In this document: piece after piece, positions 1-11,382 of the stretch
Layout of the letters: each line of letters opens with the position of its first letter
Position numbering within the stretch: position 1 is the first letter of the stretch
DNA from: Geosiphon pyriformis uo1
Lineage: Eukaryota > Fungi > Glomeromycota
Length of the DNA: 64,000 nucleotides
Direction: 5' to 3'
NCBI GenBank assembly: GCA_016748015.1
Contig: JAAOMT010000384.1
Span: 1 to 64,000, forward strand
Translations under genes and position numbers: made by a program
Notes under the pieces: model-generated
What the model saw: only the letters and a program-made list of their open reading frames with translations
The model's database searches: none
What the model was told of the DNA's origin: nothing

Positions 1-281
1 TGGTGACTTTCTTTGTTTGCCAGAGGTATAGAGGCGGTTATCCTGCACGAACGAACGGATTATTTAGATACGAACGCTCGAGCCAGGAGGAAGTTATTCA
101 GAATGCTGGATACGTCTCCAGCATTCTCATTTTTCCAAAACTCACCCCCATACTATACGCGGGGGGCGCACGGGTGATCGCAGGTGCAAAGGTGGTCGTC
201 TTGTCACATATACAATCTCAACTTACTGCTTGTTTTAATTAAACAAAAACAGTTTACATAGTAATTTGACCTTTTTTTTAG

Positions 282-652
282 TTTTCAAATTTCGATCTCG
301 CCGTTTCTCTCCTATTTCCCTTTTTTTGTTTATATTTATCCCGCACCCTGGTTTGTTATTGTATTACCAGATATTAGCCTATCATTTAAGACATGTTTGA
401 CGATGCTGAAGCTTCACCCCTGTTTGCAAAAGGTCCTGATCAACGTCCCGTCATCACGTCGTTATATCACCTAAATCGTAGGTCACGTTTGATCACGTTT
501 GATCACGTTTGGTCACGTTTAATCACGTTTTGGTCACGTTTGGTCACGTTTGTCGATCATAACTCGTTCTTTTTTGGTCACGTTTGTCGATCATAACTCG
601 TTCTTTATTGATTTATTCATTATTAATTTAAAATTTAAAATATTTAAATTGG
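282..652. repeat. Copy 1 of a ~200-370 bp CpG-rich direct repeat, containing a 10-bp tandem array
   Basis: ca. 330-490 aligns almost base for base with ca. 1150-1315 (e.g. GTTTGTTATTGTATTACCAGATATTAGCCTA...AAAGGTCCTGATCAACGTCCCGTCATCACGTCGTTATATCACCTAAATC); both copies are followed by AAAATATTTAAATTGG. Confidence 0.9.
481..606 (+). repeat. Minisatellite (GGTCACGTTT)x7, with a duplicated ~33-bp unit GGTCACGTTTGTCGATCATAACTCGTTCTTT at its end
   Basis: CACGTT cores read directly at 484, 494, 504, 514, 524, 535, 545 and 579. Confidence 0.95.
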
Positions 653-1118
653 GGGGATAAAAAATATTTCTAAAATTGTCTAAACTACTTTTTTTTCCTA
701 TTAATATTTGTGAATAATACAATTTAATTAATAAAACATAATTATTTATTTAGACAAAATATTTTAATTATATTTAATTATATTTATTTTAATTATAAAA
801 TATACATAATATATGTATTTATCTTATAAATACAGAAATTAAAAAATAAAATTTGTTAAAAAAAGACGATTTATAATTGAAAAAAATTTCTTACTATTAT
901 TATTAATCTTATATACATTATTTAATAATATTATAAATAACTAATTATATTTATACAAAATAAGTAATTACAAAAAAATTCATTTAATTACTAATATTAA
1001 TTTAATTAATAAAGCTGTTAATTAAAATATTTATCATTTATTCCATAATAATTCCTTTGGTAAATAAAATAATAAAATTTTAATAATAAAAATTCAATTT
1101 AATCTATATTTTTTACCT

Positions 1119-1376
1119 TTTCAATTTTCGATTTCGCCATTTTCCTTTTTTTGTTCATGTTTATCCCGCATCCCGGTTTGTTATTGTATTACCAGATATT
1201 AGCCTATTATTCAAGACATGTTTCACGATGCTGAAGTTTCACCACTGTTTGCAAAAGGTCCTGATCAACGTCCCGTCATCACGTCGTTATATCACCTAAA
1301 TCATAGGTCACGTTTGGTCACGTTTGTCGTTCTCCTACAATGTAATATCTGACTGATTTAAAATATTTAAATTGGA
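1119..1376. repeat. Copy 2 of the CpG-rich direct repeat, with only 2 GGTCACGTTT units
   Basis: Direct alignment to 282-652. Confidence 0.9.
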
Positions 1377-2045
1377 AGGAAAAAACCAATTTTTTTTTCT
1401 ATTGTTTTTAATCATTTTTAATATTTAAAAAGCTTTTTTGATAATTAAAACACTTAAACAACATTTTTTAAACTACTTTTCTTAAATAATAAAGATACAA
1501 AATAGTTTTAATTATTAATAAACCATTTTTTTTAGCTTTAAATAAAAATTTTATTTTATTCAAGGTTTTTTAAAGCAATTAATTAAAATTAATCTTAATA
1601 TAATTATTATTATTGTAAAAAAAATCTCAAAATCTTTAATTTTTTTATAACCATTTTTTTTTTATTGTTTAAATAGTCAAAAAAAACAAAAAACTAATTT
1701 TTTGTTTTTTGTTTTTTGTTTTAATCTTTTAAATATTTTATAAAACATTAATTTTTTTTTATTAAATATAACTATTATTGTTAATAGTATTATAATTAAC
1801 AAAAAAGATTACTTATAATCTTATTAATAATATTTTGATTTTAAAAAAGTTTATAATTAGTGTTTAAATTAAACAATTTAAAAATTCTAATATAAAAATA
1901 AAAAAAATACAATAATTAATATTAAATATAAAACAAATAATAAAAGTAAAGTTTCTTAAACTTTTAAACAAATATTCTAAAAACAAACAAAATAAATATA
2001 AACAAATTAATAGTTTTTTTATTTAATATTATTAACTTTAAAATA

Positions 2046-3905
2046 AGCAGTTGCTTGCCTCTGCTATTATTACACCGAACCTCTTTGTGGTTCCCAATGA
2101 GATCTTAGATGAGATCTCCATAGCATCATCCAGCATGTTATCCAAGATGGGCTTAGATCAACTACTGGCTGTGTTGCCAAATGTGGTGTCTTTTGATAAA
2201 TCATTACCAGTTTTAGAAGCAAAACAATCTCCTCCTGTTGGGTCATCTGTTCTTGAAAACTGGGCTGATCAAATAAAAACTAAATCATCTTCTCCTCTAA
2301 TTTCTGGTGCTACTTTTGGTGGTGCTTAGAAAACTATTACTAGTCGTCAAAGATTTGCTGAGTAAGTGGCCTCCATTCTAGTGCCTAGTGCTACTTTTAA
2401 AATCAAATTGGCTTATGTTAAGGCTGTTTTTCAGTCTGTACATGGTTTTTTGGGTGCCAAGTCTGTTTCAAAAGACAATGTGAAGCTTTTTTGTGTGAAA
2501 TTTGCTTCTCAAACCTCTTTAAATGCTGCATTTTTAGTTAAGCCTACAAGCTCTATTCGTCTTGCCACTCTTAAAATTGCCAAGTCTTTGGTGGTTTCTG
2601 AGTCTGGATCCCTTTTTACTGCTATTGTGCTGCATGATATGCCTTTGGGTGTGTCTGCTGCTGATATTAAGACAGTTCTTAGTGTTTTTGGTATGGTTAC
2701 TCATGTTGTGTTGAAGCCTACTGGTATTTGGCAATATGTGATGATTCATTTTGAGAAGTTAGATTCTGCCATGTCTGTTTTGAGTCATTGATCAGTATTG
2801 GTGGGCAGGAATAGTGTTAGAATTCTTCTCTTGGTGAATCAAAATGAGACTATTTTGTCTCGTGATAGGTTTAAGACCAAGTTGGTCAACTTTCCTTTTG
2901 GTTGTACTGCCTTTGAGATCAATAATATGATTTCTTAGATTGGTGGCTGGTCTTGTTTCATTTCTTGGTCTCCTGATTCTGGTTATTGTCTCCGCTTTAC
3001 TCTAGTTATGTTTGGCTTCCAAGCTGATTTGGACCTTGCTGTTGCCAAAACTAGTACACTTAGAAAGTGCTATATCTGGTGGGAAATTCCTAATTGTCAG
3101 TGTTATTTTCAGTGTCAAGAAACAGATCACTTGGCTGTAGACTGTAAAGTTGCTTTATCTTCCTTTTTTATGGCTTCCAAAGTGTTCAAACCATATTTTG
3201 TTGGTTCTTTGTCTTATGCTAAGGTGTCTGCTCCTCCTGTTATGTCTGAGTTTTCTCTTTTGGTGGCTTCTACCCTTCCTGTGGCTGTTGTTAATCTTGC
3301 TGTTGGGTTCAGATTGGACTCTTTGGAAAAGCAAGTTTCGGATTTGGCTGCTTTGATAAAGTCTATTGTTGAGTCTATTGGCTCTTTGGTTGTCTTAGTA
3401 TTTTATCTCCTTAATGATAATGCTGTTAAGACTGTTTAGTTAGAAAAAAATCTCCTTTCTATGAAATATGCTTCTAACAATTTTGCCAATCTTTTGATTA
3501 GTGTGTCTAAGAATATTGTTTGTCTTAGATCTAAAGTTGACTTTGGTGGCATGAATTATAATGACATACAGGCCACCAAACCTTCTCTTTTGAGTGAAAA
3601 TACTATTGAGTGTGTTATTGCCTTGTGGCGAATGTCGAATGCTGAAGTTAGAAGTAATATTGAATCTACTAGATTATTTCTTAGTGAGTTTATCTTTAAT
3701 TCTAGGAATCTGAATGGTGTGATTGAAAAAATTTGTGGATTGGGATTATTTCTATCTTCTATTGTTTTAGCTTAGTTAGTGCCTTAACTGACTTGAGTGG
3801 TTTGTCACATGTAGAAAATGCATGATTCATGTCTAATTTGTAATCTCTTAGTAGTACATAGTATTAGATAGTGTTTGGGCACACTTTGTTAAAACATAAA
3901 AAAAA
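2046..3905 (+). mobile_element. ORF1-only non-autonomous LINE-like element, copy H1 (5'-truncated, pseudogenised)
   Basis: ORFs 2051, 2366, 3008 and 3461 lie in one frame separated only by stop codons; collinear with 35405-37250; degenerate CCHC knuckle CFQCQETDHLAVDC; ORF ends at 3775 and is followed directly by the shared 3' terminus and A-rich tail; no EN or RT. Confidence 0.88.
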
Positions 3906-4452
3906 TAAAATAAAATAAAAGATAATAAAATTTATCTTTTATTTTTATGTCTTATTATACTAAAATCTAAATAGTTGACTTTTATAATTAAAAAAAAATT
4001 TTGCTTTAAATATTAATTTGTTTATTATCAAAAAAAATTATAAAAAAGATGTAAATAATTAAAAATTTATTTTTTTTAATAAATAATTTTAAAAAAATCA
4101 TTACTTTTTGAAATTTTAAAAAATTAAAAAATTTATATTTATATTAAAGATTAATTTGATTAATTTGATTAAAATTATAGTATTAATTACTAAAAAAATA
4201 TTTTAATAAATAATAATTATTATAAAATATTTTAAAAAAATAATTATTGTAATTTTTTTCAAGTTAATTTAATTGTAATTAATTGATTTATGATTAATAA
4301 ATTGGAATCTTAAATAAAATTATAAAAACTCTTTCTTTCGTTGATTCCCTGATCACAACGAAAGCTTTGAATCGTCACTTAAATAGCCTTCCTTTTCCCT
4401 TTCCCCTTCACTTTTCTCCAGTTATTTCTTCAGACATTCCCCTTTTTGTGGC

Positions 4453-6408
4453 TATGGAACCGGTGGGCTTTGCTGCTGGTGGTTCTGGATCCGTTTCGGC
4501 TGGGTTGGGGACCCGGTCTGGTGTCAAAAATAAGCGTTCGGTTGGTTCTCAATCTCGCGGTGCGTCCTATAAGAAGCCAAAGAAACCTGTGATGGTTGAC
4601 AGTTTGGTGGAGTCATCTGCTGGTGTCTCAAACATTATGGATGAAAGTGGTGATGGACTTAGTATTGGGTGATCGTGGGCTAGCGAGGTCAACAGCGAAG
4701 TGAACAGCGTAAGTGGCATCTCAGACTTGGATAACTTGGAAAACGTCATCGCTGAGGAAACTAGCTATGCAGAGTCAGATGTTTCAGGCTTGGATGATGA
4801 CATGAACGATGTCACGCCAAGGAAGACACATACCCACATCTATGTTCTGAACAGTAAGCCACCACCTTTCTCTTTCAATGTGCAAAGTGATGGTGAAGAC
4901 ACTCTGCCTCTTCCGAGTCCTAAATTTTGTGGGTCCAATCATCTTCCTCCAGTCGGGTCATATGCTCCGGAAAAACGGAGTTTTATTTCGTCAAAATCGT
5001 TTGCATTGAATATTAAGCTATCTGCTGTTCCTGGCAAAACTATTGGTGATAAGTTGGTTTGTGTGAAAAAAATTTTTTATCAAGTTGATGGTTTTGGGGG
5101 GGCTTTGACTCCCTCAAAATTTCCTGGAATAATAAGATCGTCATTTACATCTGAAAAAAGTTTGTTTAAGGCGAGGGAAATGGCAATCAGTAAAAAATAT
5201 TAGTAAATGATGATCTAAGAAAGGTAAACAGCCATTCAGATCGGAAGGTGATCGTTAAAGAAATCCCAGTAGATCTTCCCAAATCGGCAATTGAGGCAGT
5301 GTTCTCCAAGTTTGGCAAGATTGTTTCAATTAAAGTGCAGCTTATTGGTCTTTGGCAAAAGGTTCTGGTGGAATATGATTTATCTGAGATGGCTGATTTG
5401 GTCGCAGCTAGATAGTCTGTGTTCATGGGAAAAAATTCTGTCCATGTGACAAAGGCAAATATTGATAAACAAACGTGGGTATCGAGGGATCAGCATCGGG
5501 CTTTGCTCTATACTCTTCCAGTTGGCACCAATGCTCATGATCTCTCCAGTTTGTTGGAATCATATGGTGGGAAGACTTGTTATATCGGCCGTAACCCTAG
5601 TTCATATGTTCGTGATAGATGTGCTGTAATTTGTTTTGGTGATGAGGCATCCAAGTTGGCTGCTATTGGTACTGTTCCAGTTTTCAGAAATGTGAGTTTG
5701 CATTGGGCTGGTCTTTCTTTGGCCAGTTGTGCTCGTTGTAAACAATTCGGTCATGTTTTGGTCAACTGTTCCTTGGGTGAGTATTCTGGTGTTCGAGGAA
5801 AGAGGGTGGTTTCTGAGCAAGATCAGGTTCGTCTAGCTGGGATATATAAGAGGAAGTTGGCCCCTGTCGCTTGTCCAGTTTCTTTTGGTGGAAAGACATG
5901 GGCCCAAGTGGCAGGCCGTTCTCCCTCTCATGTTGTCTCTTCAGATGCTCCTGGTGTTGGTTTGGTCTCTGGTTCGAAGACTTTCTCAGTGGATTCCTCC
6001 TCGTCTGGTGCCACTGATCTAGGTGGTTGCCTAGCTGTGCTGGAATGCTCCGTGGAAATTCTCGCAGACCAAGTCTCACTCATTTTAAAGAAATTAAGTT
6101 TCATTGACTTGGTGCCATTGGCGCCTTCTTCCTCAGCTCTTCCTTTGGTGTTTCCAACTGCCGTCGTTTCAGATATGGACTCAGGTTTGGATTTGGATAG
6201 CACGTTGTTGTTGTCTGCCTCTTTTTCTCCCAATGTTGGTGGGTCAGTTGTTGATTTCAGTCCGAGCAGTTCTAAAGTTTTGACTGCCAAGATTGGCAGT
6301 TTGGAGTCAAATATGATGGCTCTTGAGGCTTCAGTTCACTCGGTCTTAGATAGATTGGATCATCTGCATTCTGGATCGGGTTCGTTGGCTTTTCCTCCAT
6401 CTCAATGA
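4453..6408 (+). pseudogene. L1 ORF1, gag-like nucleic-acid-binding protein (RRM-like blocks, CCHC knuckle, coiled coil)
   Basis: Fragments 4367, 4700 and 5419; CARCKQFGHVLVNC = C-X2-C-X4-H-X4-C; RRM-like VIVKEIPVDLPKSAIEAVFSKFGKIV; stops at ~4670 and ~5410, frameshift near 5200. Confidence 0.88.
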
Positions 6409-9400
6409 GTAGTTTGGTTTGGAAATTTGCTACGTGCAACGTTCGGGGTATCAATGTTCCTGCGAAGCAAGCGGATGTTGTTCGTTGGCATGTGAGCTCG
6501 GGAAATATGGTTTTTTTTATTACTGAGACTAAGTTGAGGTCCTCTTCTGGGCCATGGATAAAGAATAAATTTGATGGAGTGCGAATATTTTCTTCTGGTT
6601 TGGATAAGGGTTTCATGAGTGCTGGGGTTGCAATTGTTATAAACACTTCTTTGGCCCGTCATGTATCTAAGGTGGAGGAGATTCCTGGTCGGGTTATTTC
6701 TGTTCAGCTCCTGTTTAAGGGCAAGCTCTTGGTTACTGTTTTGGGGTTGTATGCTGGTGCCTCCTCTGGGGCTAGATTTGGTCAGGCTTCTGAAGTTAAC
6801 ACCCTCATTGCAAAGGCGGTCAACTCCAGCAATTTTGTTATCTTGGGTGGGGACTTTAATGAAAATGGATCTGGTAGAAGTGCTAGTTTCAAGTTTTGTT
6901 TGAGTTTAGGTTTAGTCAATTTATTTGTTGATCATTATTTGGCTAATTCTTATACGTGGAGCAATTTGAGAGGGGTTGGGAAAACAATTGATTACATTTT
7001 TGTTGGTAGTGATTTGTCTACTACTGTTGCTAGCCATCAAGTTGTCTCTGTTTCAGATTTCTTTGATACCAATCACAAGGCTGTTGTAGTTTCAGTCAGT
7101 TTGGGTGGGCTTCTAGATGTACAATTGAACAGTTTGCACAAGCAGGCGAATAAGGATTGTTGGAAGTTCAAAATCAAGAATGCTGACTGTGTTGGATGGG
7201 CTAAGTTTAAAGATCTCTCGTCAGCTAAACTTTTGTCTTTGGGTGAGGTGTTCTCTGGTGCCGAAATACGTGGTGATGTGGATGCTATGTGGGCAGTTTT
7301 GGTGGGAGCTGTGGTAGATTCTGCTGATGTAACATTTTCAAGGCATTGGTTTAGTGAATTCAAGTGTTCGAGAAACAAACATTCTTCTAGGTTTTTTGGT
7401 CTGGAATTGTTGGTGGCCAAGATTGTCAAGAAATTTTGCTCTGGTGACTTGCTGGGCGCTGATCGTCTTGTAAGTAAATGGTCAACTCTGGATGACGCGA
7501 AGGCTCATGCTTTCAAGGACTTGGTTGGCTCGGGTGTTAAATCTGATGTTGTTGTTAGGCATTTGTCATTGGTTCACAGAGATTACAGGAGGTCAAAGAT
7601 GTTTGAGTCAAGGTTGGCTGAGGAAGCTTCGATTAGGAAGGCGATTGAGAAGTGCATGGATAATTTCTGTTCGGATAAGGGTGGTATGATCAGGAGTGTA
7701 TTAGAAAAGCCTTTTCGCAAGGTTGTGTTGGATCACTTGATAGTTGATGATGATCTGGTTTTGTTGCCTAAAAAAGTGAAGTCCAGTGTGGATAGAATAA
7801 TGGAGGGTTGGACGAGGAAACGCTCCATGCAGTCAGTGCTTCCTGGTCTTTGGGTTCATCAGTACGTGCCTTTGGACTATGTTCGGGATGATGCTTTTTC
7901 AGGTGTTATGAGTGCAATCAGTATGGGCGAGTTACTTTCTGTTGTTGGTGGTCTTCCTGATGACAAGGCTGCTGGTTTGTCTGGTGTTCCTAATGAGTTA
8001 TGGAAACATGGTAGTGAGGTGGTTTTGGGGTGCCTGTTGGCACTGTTTAATAAATGTTTGTCTGGTGGTGTGGTGTCTGTTTTGTGGAAGAGGGCTTGGG
8101 TGTCAATGATTCCTAAGCCTTATGACTGGAATGGAGTTCTTACAAACACTCGGCCCATTGCTTTGATTGAGACTGCCAGGAAGATTCTTTCCAAGATTCT
8201 GTCTGACCGTATTTCAATGGCTTGTAGCAAGTTCAATGTTCTTCAGAGTGACAACTTTTCGGTGCTGAAGGGTATGTCAACACAATCTCTGGTGTTTGCT
8301 GTCAGTTCAGTAATTAAGGATGCCATTGAGAAAAATAGGGAGTTATGGTTGGTCTTGCAAGATATGCAGAAAGCTTATGATTCAGTTGGGTGGCATTATT
8401 TAAGAGCTAGTTTGTAGCATGTCAAGATGTGTGAGAGGTTCATAAGGTTTTTTGGTGGTATTCATGAGGATAGAGTTAATAGGGTGATGACTGACTTTGG
8501 TTTGTCTGGTGGTTATAAGGTGCATGATGGGCTGGATCAGGGTGAGGTCTTTTCGCCACTTCTTTGGAGAATTTTTTACGATCTGCTTTTGTGTGAGGTT
8601 AAAAGACACGAACAATTGTGTGGGTACTGGATTAATACTAAGTTTGTTTCAAAATCTGGCAGAATTGAGGGCAGTGGTGGTTTGACATCATATTTTTCGG
8701 CTGATGTGTTTGTCGATGATACGATCTGGGTTGGAAATTGTCAGGCTTCTACTTAATATGCTCTGAACATTGCCAGTGAATTTTTTGTGATCAATGATAT
8801 TTCTATCAATAGTGAGAAGACGGTAGCCATTCCCATCAATCAGGGCATTAAAGTTGCTTTACTGAACATTTGTGGTCAGCCAATTTCTATTGCCAAGAAA
8901 GGGGAAGCACATCGGTATCTGGGTATTTTTCTGTCGACTGAAGGGCTCTCCAAGCCGAGTGTTGCTAAGGCTCATGCGGATGTACGTTTCTTCGTCAATG
9001 TTGTGCTTAGGAAGGCTATTACAGACAAACAATTCTCCTATCTGGTGTCGGCTGTTTTGCAGCCTATTGTTAGTTATCGTACTCAGTTCAGTTTTGTCTC
9101 ATCTAATGTTTGTCGCAAGTGGGATGCCTTGGTTAGAAAGGGTCTTAGGTTCAAGACTTGTCTCCCCCGTGATTTTCTTGACACTGCTTTGCATCATCCC
9201 TCATTGTATGGCCTAAAGTCTTTTGAGCAGGTGCAGTCAGAAGGGAAGGTTGCTGCTTTGATGGCGTTCTCTAATGCCTTTGGCATTCTTGGACGTTTGT
9301 TTAGACATAGGTTTTTGGACCTACAGGTTTTTGGTTGGGCTCCTTTGGATTCTTTGTAGTTTCCAGTCAGGTTGCGTGTTAGTCCAGTGAACAATTTTTT

Positions 9401-10510
9401 GGCTGGGATGGTGAAGATCTTTCTGGGCAATGAGCTTACTTTGGTGAACAACCTCTCCACTGCTTTTTGTAGTTTTGGTCGGTTCCCGTTGTCCTCTGTT
9501 CTTGGAAAGTCTCTGTATTTTGATTCGGTCAAATCTCTTAAACATTTTGATGTCACTTTTGGTGATCGGCTTTTTAATAAGAAAGGTGTTTTGTTGGATT
9601 GGAAAACTTTTTGTCATTGGAAAAGGTTGGATCCGTGTGGCCCTGTGTCTTACTGGTTCATGGTTTCTTCTGAGTTTTTGAAAGGTCAGGGTTTCTCATT
9701 TTCTGGTTCTGTTGGCTCTGCAGAAAAGCTTGGTTTGGACATTTTGGGGTCTGGGGAATTTTCTGCGGTTAAAGATGGATTGCATGACATTTGGTCAGGC
9801 TTTTTTGAAGTTTTCACGGATGGGTCTTTGAGGAATGCAGGCTCTGCTGAGGTCACCTGTGGTGCTGCTACATACTTTTCGGTCTTGGATAAGAGCATTG
9901 GTATTGCTGTTTGTGGTCTTTTGTCATCTACTATGGCCAAGTTACAGGCTGTCACTTTGGCTTTGGAGTGTGTTTCTTCTTCAAGTACTGTGGTGTTATG
10001 TCTTGACAGCCAGGCTGCCATTGACGCATGTGTGTCTGAGATGTCTTTGGTTGCCCTTGATTTCCGTAATCAATGCTGGCTAAAAAGGTGTCATATTTTC
10101 AATTTGGTCAGGGATAAGGATCTCAGCATGAACATTTTTTGGTTGCTGAGGGTATCGCTGTTTCTGGTAATGCCTGTCATTTTGTCAGGAATAATTTTCG
10201 ATCAATTTGTTGTGTTCGTTGGGAAGCTGGGCCTGGTTGTAATGTAGTTCCGGGTGCGATGATTGGTTGCATAGACTGGGTTGTCACGGCAAAGGTGTGG
10301 CATCCTGATTCTCATATGCTTGCTGGGTTCACTAGCCGCACATCCTCAACGCTTTGCACTTATGTTATGAAGGCTGTGCACAGGAGGTTGCCGGTGGCAG
10401 TAAGGAAGAGGTTGTATGATAAGTGCTACCTTAGTGTGTTGTGTTTGTTTTGCAATGAGATGGAGTTCTCTGACCACGTTTTTACTTGTGTTCATAAGTC
10501 TGGCATTCGT

Positions 10511-11382
10511 TGTTATGGTTTAAGAATTTAGCAAAAAGAATCATAAAAATAATACAAACTATTCAATCATAATATAGCACAGTAATAATCTTAGAAAGGT
10601 AATGATTAACATAGTAGCAAACACCATCTCGTGATAGTGACAAGCACCAGTTCACAATAGCAGCCAACACCAACTGGTGATAGCAGCAAGCACCAGGTTG
10701 AAATATCAAAAAGAAAGTATTTTCTCGTAGAACTACAAACATGTATATATACAGTAGTTTTAATATTGGGAAAGAATCAATCAAGTAATAAAAATCATAA
10801 CTTATCAAGCNNNNNNNNNNNNNNNNNNNNNNNNNNNNNNNNNNNNNNNNNNNNNNNNNNNNNNNNNNNNNNNNNNNNNNNNNNNNNNNNNNNNNNNNNN
10901 NNNNNNNNNNNNNNNNNNNNNNNNNNNNNNNNNNNNNNNNNNNNNTTAAAAAACTTACTTGTATTATTTATTGAATGAAACTATCATTCATCAACTGAAT
11001 CCCTTGGAAGAATAATCCTTGATCAAGATTATTCACATTGTTACTAATTGATAAAAGCTTTATTGTGAGAATTAGAAAAGCGCTAAAGACCATTAACATT
11101 CTGTGTTTCTAGATTAGAGAAACACATCAGGCAATTGCAAGGATAGCCTCAAAGAAGACCCCAGACAGTGGGTAGATTTCAGTTTAGCCTCTGAGAAGGA
11201 GTACATAAACACACACAACAATCAAGAATTAAAGAATAACTTACATTGCAACAGTAAAAAGAAAGCCTTCAGTGTAACAGTGACATTATCACACAAATAG
11301 AACTGAGGAACTCACGAAAGACTGATTGCAATTAAAGCGGGATATCAGCAATTAAATATAACAAGAAAACCATCCCGTAACA
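10511..11382. mobile_element. LTR-like insertion A (solo LTR, or collapsed LTR element spanning the assembly gap)
   Basis: Starts TGTTATGG, ends CCGTAACA; 4-bp TSD TCGT at 10507-10510 and 11383-11386; removing it restores ORF2 (KSGIR-GEILAETSARW). Confidence 0.9.
10811..10945. other. Assembly gap (135 N)
   Basis: Run of n characters. Confidence 1.

Noticed and set aside
3-596. Protein-coding calls for ORFs 3-242 and 393-596
   Set aside because: No recognisable domain; the second is largely a translation of the tandem array within a duplicated repeat
481-606. CRISPR-like or telomeric array
   Set aside because: 10-bp units with no unique spacers, no cas genes, eukaryotic context, and an internal position with no G-rich telomere motif
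5187-10021. Many antisense and alternative-frame ORFs over L1 (and likewise over L4-L6)
   Set aside because: Shadows of the GT-rich LINE coding strand with no independent motifs
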